64,000 bases of DNA from Felis catus (lineage: Eukaryota), in contig NC_058368.1 in assembly GCF_018350175.1 (NCBI RefSeq), positions 53,198,001 through 53,262,000 of the forward strand, in the 5' to 3' direction. Both the position numbers and the translations under genes were made by a program. The notes under the pieces are model-generated. The model was given only the letters and a program-made list of their open reading frames with translations, was not told the DNA's origin and did no database searches. Below, piece by piece: positions 50,780-62,860 of this stretch (positions within the stretch are counted from its first letter, which is position 1; each line of letters starts with the position of its first letter).

Positions 50780-51002
50780 TTTTTAATTTTTTTTCAACGT
50801 TTATTTTTATTTATTTTTGGGACAGAGAGAGACAGAGCATGAATGGGGGAGGGGCAGAGAGAGAGGGAGACACAGAATCAGAAACAGGCTCCAGGCTCTG
50901 AGCCATCAGCCCAGAGCCCGACGCGGGGCTCGAACTTACGGACACGAGATCGTGACCTGACTGAAGTCGAAAGCTTAACTGACTGCGCCACCCAGGCGCC
51001 CC
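50780..51002 (-). mobile_element. Young felid CanSINE
   Basis: Perfect 15-bp TSD TTAATTACATTCTGT (50765-50779, 51003-51017). Confidence 0.97.
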
Positions 51003-51593
51003 TTAATTACATTCTGTACAAAAAATCATTGCTTTGCAAAATTTTAAAAAGACTTAAATAAATGGAAAGATATATTAATGGATCAGCAGACTCAGTATTG
51101 TTATTAATTCTTCCCAAATTGATCTATAAATTCAACCCAATCCCAGTGAGAGTTTAGCAACCTTTTTTTTTTCTTTCTTTTTTTTTTTTTTTTTTTTTTG
51201 GTGAATATTGACAAGTTGATTTTAAAATTTACAATGGAAAGGACCTAAAGTAGCCAAAACAACTTACAAAAGAACAGATTTGGATGACTTACACTACCTG
51301 ATATCAAGACTTAACTACAAAGTTATGGTAATCAAAATAATATAGAATTTGTATATAGAGGAACAAAAAAAATGATGGAACAGCATACAGAATTCAGAAA
51401 TAAACCCACACATATATGGTCAATTGGTTTTCAACAAGTGTGCCAAAGCAATTTAAAGGGAGAAAAGATAATCTTTTTAACAAACAGTGCTGGAGCGGTT
51501 GGCTAGTTTAAGGTAATGAAATGAACCTTAACTTTGTGGACATTTTGTTGAGTCATTATCAAGAACCTAAAAAAGGACTCTGGTTTGAACAGG

Positions 51594-51619
51594 TTTTTGT
51601 TTTGTTTTGTTTTTTAATT

Positions 51620-51668
<49 letters not shown>

Positions 51669-52016
51669 AATTTACATCCAAATTAGTTAGCACATAGTGA
51701 AACAATGATTTCAGGAAACAATGATTTCCTTAATGCCACTTACCCATTTAGCCCATCCCGCCTCCCACAACCCTCAGTTTGTTCTCCATATTTATGAGTC
51801 TCTTCTGTTTTGTCCCCCTCCCTGATTTTATATTATTTTTGCTTCCCTTCCCTTATGTTCATCTGTTCTGTGTCTTAGAGTCCTCATATGAGTGAAGTCA
51901 TATGATTTTTGCCTTTCTCTGACTGACTAATTTCACTTAGCATAATACCCTCCAGTTCTATCCACATAGATGCAAATGGCAAGATTTCATTCTTTTTAGT
52001 TGCCGAGTAATACTCC

Positions 52017-52090
<74 letters not shown>

Positions 52091-53545
52091 CATGTGTGTA
52101 TCTTCTTTATCCATTCATTCATCAGTGGGCATTTGGTCTCTTTCCATATTTTGGCTATTGTTGATAGTGTTGCTATAAACATTGGGGTGCATATGTCCCT
52201 TTGAAACAGCACACCTGTATCCCTTGCATAAATGCCTAGTAGTGCAATTGCTGGGTTGTAGGGTAGTTCTATTTTTAGTTTTTTGAGGAAACTCCATACT
52301 GTTTTCCAGACTGGCTGCACCAGTTTGCATTCCCACCAACAGTGCAAAAGGGTTCCTCTTTCTCTGCATCCTCACCAACATCTGTTGTTGCCTGAGTTGT
52401 TAATGTTAGCCATTCTGACAGGTATGAGGTGGTATCTCATTGTGGTTTTGATTTGTATTTCCCTGATGCTGAGTGATGTTGAGCATTTTTTCATGTGTCA
52501 GTTGGCCATCTAGATGTCTTCTTTGGAGAAGTGTCTATTCATGTCTTTTGCCCATTTCTTCACTGGATTGTTTTTTGGGTGTTGAGTTTGATAAGTTCTT
52601 TATAGATTTTGGATAGTAACCCTACATCTGACTTGTCGTTTGCAAATACCTTCTCCCACTCTGGGTTGCCTTTTAGTTTTGCTGATTGTTTCCTTCGCTG
52701 TGGAGAAGCTTTTTATTTTGATGAGGTCCCAGTAGTTCATTTTTGCTTTTGTTTCCCTTGCCTCCAGAGACGTATTGAGTAAGAAATTGCTGCGGGCAAA
52801 ACTGAAGAGGTTTTTGCCTGCTTTCTCCTCGAGGATTTCGATGGCTTCCTGTCTTACATTGAGGTCTTTCAACCTTTTTGAGTTTATTTTTGTGTATGGT
52901 GTAAAGTGGTCCAGGTTCATTCTTCTGCACGTCGCTGTCCAGTTTTCCCAGCACCACTTGCTGAAGAGACTGTCTTTATTCCATTGGATATTTTTTCCTG
53001 CTTTGTCAAAGATTAGTTGGCCATACGTTTGTGGGTCCATTTGTGGGTTCTCTATTCCGTTCCATTGATCTGAGTGTCTGTTTTTGTGCCAGTACCATAC
53101 TGTCTTGATTATGCCTTTGTAGTAGAGCTTGAAGTCTGGGATTGTGATGCCTCCTGCTTTGGTTTTCTTTTTCAAGATTGCTTGGCTATTTGGGGTCTTT
53201 TCTGGTTCCATACAAATTTTAGGATTTTTTGTTCTAGCTTTGTGAAGAATGCTGGAGTTGCCTTGATAGGGATTGCATTGAATATGTAGATTGCTTTGGG
53301 TAGTATCAACATTTTAACAATATTTGTTCTTCCTATCCAGGAGCATGGAATCTTTTTCTATTTTTTTTTTTGTGTGTGTGTCTTCTTCAATTTATTTCAT
53401 AAGCTTTCTATAGTTTTCAGTGTATAGATTTTTCACCTCTTTGGTTAGATTTATTCCTAGGTATTTTATGGTTTTTTGTGCAACTATAAATGGGATTGAT
53501 TCCTTGATTTCTCTTTCTGTTGCTTCATTGTTGGTGTATAGGAAA
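51594..53545 (-). mobile_element. 5'-truncated felid L1 (about 1.95 kb), same subfamily as 36301-43520
   Basis: ORF 52600-53211 ([22 protein letters not shown]...); 3'UTR closely similar to 43250-43490; (TTTA)n and (TTTTG)n tail. Confidence 0.96.
52019..52098. repeat. (TG)n microsatellite inside L1
   Basis: Visible. Confidence 0.95.
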
Positions 53546-53994
53546 TATTGGTTTAATTTAAACCTTTGTCTATGCATGAGAGTTCCCCTCCTACATGCAA
53601 CCCCTTTCTAATTCTCTGTCTTGTATGACAGTATTTGTACCTGTGTCTGGGTACTATAATATCCTATAAATTCTTGAAATCAGAGACCATGACTTGTTCC
53701 TACAACTAAAAAAGCAATGGTTTGAAGACACTGGGCATTCACACAGCATTATTCAAAACTAATAGCTAGATTTACTCTCTTTCCACCTTCTCCCAGGGTG
53801 TAGACTTTCACTACAATAAGTCAGTTGTGATTATTAGGTCCAGCACATATCAGGGAAGGACAAAAAAACAACAGGCTACCAGTCACATAGCTTCATAAAG
53901 ATCACATCAGACCTTCCACAAGACAATGTAATGGGCCATATACAATAAAACAACTGTCACTATTAATTATAATATAATAATGATATTAATTAGT

Positions 53995-54200
53995 ATTAAC
54001 TAAGATTTGCTATAAGTCAGAACTGGTACTAATGTATTTATATACTTCAGCTCACTTAGTCTTCACAACGCAAAATTCATTATGTAAAACTATTATTATC
54101 CCTCATTTACTGAATGAGCGAATTAAGGTATGGAGACATTGAACAATTTACCTAGGGTCATCCTAAGTGTTGAAGCGGGGAGTGAGCAGGTTTGTACGGG
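53995..54200 (-). mobile_element. MIR
   Basis: CTCACTTAGTCTTCACAAC...TATTATTATCCCTCATTTACTGAATGAG...TTACCTAGGGTCA. Confidence 0.65.
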
Positions 54201-55409
54201 CTCAAGTGTTCTACAGATCTATGAGTTTGTCATTATTTTTATTGCTTTACTTTATTGGAGTTTGGCTTTTGTTTTTTGTCTCCTTTTCATGTGATTTGTT
54301 TATTTTTATTTCATCAGGGTGGTCTTTAGACTTACATAAATAGTCTTCAAGTATAGGATCTGTATCATTTTCAGAGAACCTGTGCGGACTTTTGTAGGAA
54401 TGGAGAGAGTTGATTTCTTGATTACCCTGCACTGTTCTATCACTTACAGTAATAATTACAGAAGTAAAAGTGTAATAAAATGGGAGGATTTAACCCATAT
54501 TTTATGAGTCACTAATGGGCTCTAAAAAGCTGCCATTTTATTATTTCCTTTAGAGATACTTAATAGGTAATGTCAGTAGTAAAGTTTAGTGCCCAACCAG
54601 CACTTAATATTCCATGTCTCCAGAATTATCCACACTCCTCAAAGGAAGAACAATCAAAAGAGGTCTGGTGTGCATGTGCATGTGTGTGTGTGTGCTTGTG
54701 CGCGCATGTGTGTGTGTGTGTGTACATGCATGCGTGCATCTAAATTCATATCATCTAGGTAAATAACTCAAATGTAAAGGAGCGGGAATCAAAGGGGTAC
54801 CATCAACTATATAGATTAGGCAATGAGAAAAATGTAGGAAAAGAACCAAAATGAGAATATTATCCAGAAAATTAAAATTGTATGTGGCTATACATATAGC
54901 TTATACCACCTGGAAGAAATGACCTTAAATTGTAGACACAGCATGAAACAGCCATTGCAGAGTAGGTTAGTTTCACATTAACTCATATTATCTGACCTCC
55001 TTTGACATAGTTCAACACCTAAAAATTTTTCATTCCTCTCTAATAAACTAAACATCTCTTCATCTTGGTTTAGCTAGATGTCCAATAACTACCCTTGCTA
55101 GAAGCTGCTGACTTCTTTTCAGCCCCTGCCTAGCTGCCTGGTTTCTTTGCATTTTCTGGAAAACAAGTGCGTATCTTTATATCTAGGCACCATTGGAAGT
55201 AGTGTATCACCTCATAATTAAATTTGCTACAAAGCCTATTCATCCCCTTTCCCAACACCACCAACCCAAAGTTGTAGATCCATCTGGCCACTACCAGAGT
55301 CTCTCCAAGTGGAATTAACCCACACAGTTGTTGTTGCTCAAGAGTTTACTAGAAGGCTCCAGTATTTCTGAAGATCTGGGAGATAATAGGTTATAGGTCC
55401 GTGTATATA

Positions 55410-55990
55410 ACACTGATTCTTTGAAATTTATGGAGACTTGCTTTTTAATCCAGTTCATGATCATTTTTTGTAAGTGTTCCATGTGTGCTTAAGAAGAATG
55501 TGTATTTGGGGCACCTGGGGGGCTCAGTTGGTTATGTGTCTGACTTTGGCTAAGGTCATGACCTTATGGGTCAGGAGTTGAGCCCCACATCAGGCTCTGT
55601 GCTGACAGCTCAGAGCCTGGAGCCTACTTCAGATTCTGTGTCTCCTTCTCTCTCTGTCCCTTCCCTGCTTGCGCTCTGTCTCCATCTCTCTCAAAAAATG
55701 AATAAACACTTTTTTAAAAAAGAATGTGTATTCTTTAAGCATTTGGTACAGATATCTATTAGATCAAACTTGTTTACTGTGTTGTTCAAATTTCTAAATC
55801 TTTATTAAATTTTGTGTTGAATATGACAGTAATTGAGACAGTGCAATAAACTATTACTAGAAGTCTGTCTTCCTCTGGTTCTATCAGTTTTTGGTTTATA
55901 TATTTAAGATGTTTTGTTAGAGCCATATGAGTATATGAGTTTAGAGTTGCTAATCTTCCTGGTAATGTCAGTATTTAATCATTATTTGGT

Positions 55991-56028
<38 letters not shown>

Positions 56029-56280
56029 TGCTTTCTTACTCAAAACCTATTTTGTCTGATAATATGTCTGTGTCACTTTTGTTTAGGTTAACACTTGCTT
56101 CGTATATTTTTTTTCCATCCTTTAAGCCATTCTATGCTTTTATACTTTAGATGTAAACTGGAATATTTTTAATCTGATCCCCCCTGTCTTTAACTATTAT
56201 GTTTAATCTATTTTTCTTAATTGTATTATTGATATAGTTGGGCTTGCTATCTTTTTGTATTTCTATTTGCCCCACCTTTA
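55410..56280 (-). mobile_element. Ancient L1M fragment
   Basis: ATTCTTTGAAATTTATGGAGACTTGC...GTTCCATGTGTGCTTAAGAAGAATGTGTATT motifs. Confidence 0.65.
55508..55719 (+). mobile_element. CanSINE
   Basis: TSD AAGAATGTGTATT. Confidence 0.95.
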
Positions 56281-56593
56281 ATGCTTCTTGACTCTGGGAT
56301 GCATTTATTTAATTTGTTCATTTTTGTTTGTTTCTTATTTTGTATTGAACCTGTCTTATGAATTGCTTCAAAGTCTCTTGCACTACTTGTCTCTTATTTC
56401 AGCTCCTGCTGCAGTGACCATTTCTATGTGGATTCCAAGAGCTTCACATAGGTACAACACAACAGCACGTTGTCTCAGCCCTGTGGCATATGCTTCTCAC
56501 TTCCTGCCTGATAGCTTCTGGGGGAGCCACACATGCGGGTATAATCTAAACATTTTAGGGAGAACAGGGAAAAAGGACCAATGGGTAAATGCT

Positions 56594-56634
56594 GTTTGTT
56601 TGTTTGTTTGTTTGTTTGTTTGTTTGTTTGTTTT
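56594..56634. repeat. (TTTG)n microsatellite
   Basis: Visible. Confidence 0.9.
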
Positions 56635-56845
56635 GAAGGACAGCCATAAAATGCACATCTTATAACCTCCCAGCTGTATACCTAATGTGAGATTAAGCAA
56701 TTAATTGACTGGACCAGTGAAAAAGAAGAAAGGAGGAAGAAATTTAAATTAGAAGATCCTGACTTCTTACCATTCAAAAGCCACTGGTAGTGGACAGATG
56801 TTGGCAAGTCATGAGCCTCCATAGCTTTATAAAATAGGGACAATA

Positions 56846-57070
56846 GGGGCACCTGGGTGGCTCAGTCAGTCAAGCATCCAACTCTTGAGTTCAGTTCAGC
56901 TCGTGACCTCACAGTTCATGAGATCGAGCCCCATATCAGGCTCTACTCTGGCAGCAAGGAGCCTGCTTGGGATTCTCTCTCTCTCTCTCTCTCTCTCTCT
57001 GCCCCTATCCACTTGCATGTGCTCTTGCTCTCTCTTAAAATAAATAAACTTAAAAAAACTAAAATAAAAC
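56846..57070 (+). mobile_element. CanSINE inserted in a MIR (about 56750-57125)
   Basis: Head and tail; TSD GGACAATA; MIR core TAAAATAGGGACAATAATGTTTATCTCACAAG is split around it. Confidence 0.92.
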
Positions 57071-57344
57071 AAGGACAATAATGTTTATCTCACAAGATTC
57101 TCATAAGAATTAAATATGTAATGCAGAGATAAACCTCTTTTTAAAGTGTATCTCTAATTTTAAGTGCTATTTTATTCTGGAAGGGTGTTATTTAGCATTG
57201 GCAGAATGCTTGGGGAGATAAGTAATTTCTGTGATTTCTGAAGATCATTCTAATGCTGGGCAAAAGCAAAATATCTCTTATATGCTCACAACAGTGGACC
57301 TGCCATTGGAATCATTCCATTTACTTCTTAATTTATTTCTACCC

Positions 57345-57460
57345 TGTACCGTGTGACTTGGACAGATTACTCAACATCTCCCAGCCTCGGTTTTCTTTTC
57401 TCCTCTTTCAAATGGTAACAACACCTACCTTGTATAGTTGTTGGGGAGATGAATACTAGC
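57345..57460 (+). mobile_element. MIR
   Basis: TGTGACTTGGACAGATTACTCAACATCTCCCAGCCTCGGTTTTC...ACACCTACCTTGTATAGTTGTTGGGGAGAT. Confidence 0.65.
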
Positions 57461-59750
57461 TGCTTTTGACAATAAAGTGCTGTATGACAATAAAGACTAT
57501 TGAGTCAAGGTGTGTTCAGATCAGCCTTGAATGCTTCCTTAAAGAAGGTTTTGAATCATAACCAGAAAGGGCTTTGGGTCTGGATCGGCCTGTCCCCCTG
57601 GCTACCTCTTTTACCCCATTTTGGCAAAAAGGCTGTAAGCAAGTGTAAGGGCTGCTGGAAGAAATTCACTACTGAATTCCTCCTGAAGGAACTCTCAGCC
57701 ATGAGGTGCAGACTCTGAAATCCCCATAGTTGGGCTATGAGGAACAGCACACACGTGAGTCATTGCTGAGACTTAAGTACTGAGCCACTGTGGGAGAGTG
57801 TTATTTAGAATTAGTGCCAGTAGGACTAGGCACCAATCTGTCTGCTCCAAAGGCATGAAATGCACACGATTTACCTCCCATCCCAGCATCTCGTCAAGAA
57901 AGAGCAGCAGACACCTCTGTGCTTAAAAAGCACCGCGGAACAACTCCCTGTTGACCCCTGCCCAAGTTTTGAGTTGATGCAAAATTTCCATTTTTCTAGT
58001 TTTATCTGTTTTTTTTTTATGGCCAGGATATGTTATCTAGATCTTTGTACTCCTCATATTAATGTGGTCTCTAAACACAAGTCAAAATTCATTCTCTGAT
58101 CCCAAAAGAGTCTGTAACTACTTTAAAGAATTTCTCTCCACCAATTCTTTTTTCAAGGGAATCGAGCTGACAGGCCTGAGTTATTTCAGACAGTTTAGAT
58201 ACAAAATTTTATGCACACATTTGTTTTTATATATACTCACAGGTGTTCACACATATCTTTCATTTCCTTTAAAATTTAGAAGGAATAAAAACACGAGCCT
58301 TGAGTAAATCATACAAGATCTACTGTCTGTCTGGCACATCCTTTGTTCAGACATGTCTCCTTCCCATGTTTCTTTCCTTGCCTGGTCTATTTTATTCCAT
58401 TTGAAGAAGCCAGTGTAAGTCTGTTCAGTTTCTGCTCACTAAGGACCTTGTACTTCTACATAACCTGGGAAAGTGATCTGAAAACCAGCATTCTTTCAGG
58501 ACCTCAGAAGCACCACACCATAATAAACTCCACAGAGAGAGGCAACTAGAGTGAGGAAACAGACTGATATTTTACTCCCATTTCTATGAGGAAGACTGCC
58601 AAGGAAACTTGTTTACGCAAAAGTCAATATATCAAGATATTCTTTATGCTTTCTAGGTAGGGATTACAAGGTGAAAGAAAGCATTGCAGCAAATTATTTA
58701 CCAATAAGACAGCGCTCGGCCTGAAAATGAACGTACAACTCCAGTGGTCCTGCGTCGTCTCTTTGGCAACTACACTGCACAGTATCAATCACATTCCTTT
58801 ATAAATTTAATTTTTAAATGGCGCAATAAATTTACATGGTATAAAAATATCACCATGTTTAACGTTTCCTGTTTGTCCTGACATTTTTATTATTCCAAAC
58901 ATAAAGCAGTTTATATGTAAATTGCCATATGCTCTTAAGTTAAACTGATAGAATCTTGTCCGTAAAGGACTCATCATTTTGTTGTAAATATGTGTAAAAA
59001 CACATCGCACAAACAATTCCAAGAACAAGAAAAAAAGTGTCACACAAAGTAGCAAACGAACTTTGTGCCCAACCCAACTGGGTCATGAAAAATATTTTGT
59101 GCTTGTCTTTAATTATGTTCCAACAATGACCACGTTCTCTGTTTTAAATGAAGGCCATTAGGTAATAAAACATTATTCTTTATCATAACGCTTAGCGATT
59201 AAATGTGCTAAATGGGTTGAGCAGATTGTGTCTTCCACTATGCAATTGTCCCAGCTTCTAAGACAGATATGCACCCATACACTCAGAGTTAAGGCACAGA
59301 ACAGACAGCTGAGGGTTAATGAAAATTTTCTGTATGATGAAATAATTTCACTCAAATTTATCCCCCGCAAAACTGTCCTAATAAAGTTTTGTTCATAAAC
59401 AGACTGTTTATAGAAAAATCCATGAGAGCCATATTTTATGTCACTTAATCATCTATTTATTATATACTGTATTCCATTATCCAGCACTCTAAACTAATAT
59501 TTAAATAAATTGCATAGGGTAATAGAACAAATCGCATAACATTAAATTTTTATATATTGAAGAGATCCATGGGATAGTGGCTATTTAGGATGAGACGGGA
59601 GGATGAAGTAAGCAATGGTATTTGAAGAAACAATTACAAGATCCCAGGAGTGGGATGCTTCCAAGATCATTTATTCATTCATTCATTAAATGTTGACTAG
59701 CACCTCCTCTAAGTACCCGGCACTCTTCTAGACATTGGCAATAAGGAGGT

Positions 59751-60109
59751 TGCTATAGACTGTTTGTATCCCCTCAAAATTCATATATTGAAACCTAATC
59801 ACCAGTATAATGACATTAGGAGGTGGGGCCTTTGGGAAACGATTAGGTCATAGGGGCAGAGCCCTCATGACTGGATTTGTGTCCTTATAAAAAAGACTTC
59901 AAAAAGCTCCCTCACCCCTTATGCCATGTAAGGATACAGCAAGAAAATGGCCATCAATGAACCAGGAAACAAATCCTCACCAGACACTCAATCTGCTAGC
60001 CTCTTAGTCTTGGACTTCCCAGCCTCCAGAGCTGTGAGAAATAAATTTTTCTTGTTTCATGCCACCCAGTCTGTGGCATTTTTTTTAGCAGCCCAAATGG
60101 ACTAAGACA
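59751..60109 (+). mobile_element. MLT1A-type MaLR solo LTR, complete
   Basis: TG...CA termini (TGCTATAGAC...ACTAAGACA); AATAAA; perfect 5-bp TSD GAGGT (59746-59750, 60110-60114). Confidence 0.92.
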
Positions 60110-60657
60110 GAGGTGAGCAAGACCAACAACGTTCCTTAAATTTTGGCATTAAAGTTTACTTTTGGCAGGAAAGAAAGTAAATAATCAAATTACCAAATAG
60201 TAACGTATGTCCTGTAGTGCTGAATGCCATGAAGAAGAGAACAGAGAGATAGGATACTTTTAATGAGAGTATATCATTATCTCATTTAGACTCTTTGACA
60301 TATCATTCTGGCTACCACGGAAAGAATAAACTGCACTAAGACAATTATGGAAGCAGAGTGACTAGTTAGGATGCTATCATCTTAGACAAAGCAAGAAATA
60401 AGGACAACCTGAATTTGAGTGCTCGTGATGCACACAACAAGCAGGGGTCATATGTGAAATCTATTTTGAAGGTAGAGGCAACAGGTTTGCTAATGGATTG
60501 GATGTGGAGTGTGAGAAAAAGAGATGCCTCACAGATGATTTCAAGATTTGGAGATTGAGAAATACTGGGTGCAAGAGAAAGCATTTACAGAAATGAGGGA
60601 CACAAAATATAAATATTAAATTTACTTTTAAAAAAATTTTTTAAAAGGCGGGGGTTG

Positions 60658-60900
60658 GGGGCGCCTGGGTGGCTCAGTCGGTTAAGTGTCCAACTTCGGC
60701 TCAGTTCATGATCTCATGGTTTGTGAGCTCGAGCCCACATCGGGCTCTGTGCTGACAGCTCGGAACCTGGAGCCTGTTTCAGATTCTGTGTCTCCCTCTC
60801 TCTCTGCCCCTACCCTGCTCATGCTCTAGCTCTCTCTGTCTCAAAAATAAATAAAACATTAAAAAAATGTTTTTTAAATGAAATTTAAAAAAATTTTTTT
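60658..60900 (+). mobile_element. CanSINE
   Basis: Head, CT region, A tail. Confidence 0.95.
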
Positions 60901-61479
60901 AAAAAAGGGACACTGATGGAAGAATGGGCAAGAAGGGGAAAAGTCAAGAGTTTTATTGGCCATGTTAAATTTCAGAAGCCTGATAAACAATAGGGTCAAG
61001 CTGATGAGCAAGTAGTTAAAAATGCAAGTCTGAGGTTCAGAGAAAAGTTCAAGCTGGAGAAACAAATGTTGGCATCATCAGTATATCAATGACATTAAAG
61101 CCTCAGGAATGGATGTATCATCTAGGAAATAAAAATTCAAAGAAAGGAAAAGAAGGCCAGGGACTGAGCTCTGGAGCAGTCCAGTTTGTGGAGGTCAGGC
61201 AGAGGAGAATGATCTGGGAAAGGAATGTACAATGGCTAGCCCACAAAAGAAGGAAGAAAAATCTATGAGGGTACAGCCAAAGGCAGACAGTGTCTCCAGG
61301 AGAAGGCAGAAACCAATAGAGTAAAATTCTGCTGGTCTAGTAAATGAGCACTGAGAATCATCCCGTGGGTTTTGCAGGGGTAGTCCTTGGTACACCTATA
61401 CCTTGGTACAACTATACTTCAATAAAATACAAATAGTAATAGTAATAGTAATAATAAAACTGTGTCTTAAAAACCTCAA

Positions 61480-62860
61480 CATAAGGATTGGAAGATGAAG
61501 TAACATTCAAAAACCTAAGACAAAAATCAAGGTGGTGGATACTGTGACAAAAGAAATAATTTTTTTTTAAAAATTGAGAGATTAGGCTAGGAGGCCCCAC
61601 AACCAAACAATGAAGGCCTGAAGAAAAAAACACAAAGACAATGAAGAGAAGGAAATTATCAAAGAAATAATTAAAGGGTATTTCTCAGAACTGAAAAAAC
61701 AGGGACCTTCAGATGGGAAGGGTCAACAAGAATCTAGCACAATAAGTGAAAAAGGCCCTCAGGTCGTTAAATTCCAGAACACCTGAGAAATGAGCAGATT
61801 CCAAAAGTTTCCAGAAAGAAGACCATGTATATATGAATAAACAAGCATCAAAATGTATTGGACTTCTCAACAGCAAAGTTAGAAACCAAAAGAAATGGAG
61901 GAATAGATTTAAAATTCGAAGACACAGTTATTTTCAACCTCATATGTTATACCCACTCAAATTATCCAGCAAGAGTGAGGGTAGGAGAAAAATATTTTCA
62001 GCCATGCAACTTCCCAAATCATTTCTTTCCCATGTACCCTTTCCCTCAAATTACTGATATACTCTCCACAAAATGAGAGAGTATATCAGGAAAGAAGACA
62101 CGGGGTCCAGGAATCAGGGGATCAAACACAGGAGAAATAAAAAATAATTTCAGGCAGACAATAAAGGGAGGACCCACGAAGTGATGACATTACATCAGGT
62201 GAGAGAATTCCTAGATTAAAATAGGTGGATGAAGGGCTGCAGGAGGGATGTTATAGGTGAGGCAAGGGGGAGAAGGACTTGCCAGACCATCGGATATGTA
62301 CTTTAAAGGGTGTTGGTAGGATCAGGAAGCTTCATAAAAATAACACAGAAAAATTAGCAAGAGAAAAACTGGCAATTATGAATACCAAGAAAATAACTTT
62401 AATTGGAAAAGAAATGGATCCATAGTATGCTATTTTGCCCAGAAGTGAGAAAATATTTATACTGTCAGAACAATGTAAACACTAAAGTTTTTAAATAAAA
62501 AATTATGATGTAGCTATACTGAAGGAGGGGAATATAACTATATTGGTATGGGGAGGAGGGTGAAGAGAAATGTATCTTCATCTACCACAATACCAAGTCA
62601 ATAGATACTTCCAAAATTGATAGATCAATTTAAAGTTGATTAACTTAATTTGAATAAATAGCAATAGAAGCATATTATGTAGAAATACAGAGGTAAAAAC
62701 CATAAAAAATAATTAAAAGACTTCACAGTCGTGGTCTCTGGGGAACAGGACCAAGGGGTAGGAAAGAATATGGTAGAGGGCTACAGTATCTATTGTAAGC
62801 CTTCACTAAAAGCCTTGACATTTTAAATTGTGTGTGTGCTATTTTGATAAAAATAGAAAA
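61480..62860 (+). mobile_element. HAL1-like (half-L1, ORF1-only) ancient element
   Basis: ORF1-like remnant (GACTTCTCAACAGCAAAGTTAGAA = DFSTAKLE; TTATACCCACTCAAATTATC) followed directly by HAL1-type AGGAAAGAAGACACGGGGTCCAGGAATCAGGGGATCAAACACAGGAG, with no ORF2. Confidence 0.7.

Larger units (their letters stand above)
49335..51530 (-). mobile_element. Ancient L1M (L1MB/MC-like) 3' end with inverted 5' part, containing two SINEs
   Basis: Antisense AGCTTTATTGAAGTATAAGTGATACACAATAAACTGCAT... to about 51018; sense ORF2 piece about 51030-51530 (AAAGACTTAAATAAATGGAAAGATAT...AAATGAACCTT). Confidence 0.8.
59668..61385 (-). mobile_element. L2 remnant interrupted by an LTR and a SINE
   Basis: ATTCATTCATTCATT terminus; TATTTTGAAGGTAGAGGCAACAGG...TAATGGATTGGATGTG; GGCATCATCAGTATAT motifs. 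Confidence 0.75.

Noticed and set aside
51575..53560. TSD for the minus-strand L1 (TGGTTT on both sides)
   Set aside because: Too short and too weak to call
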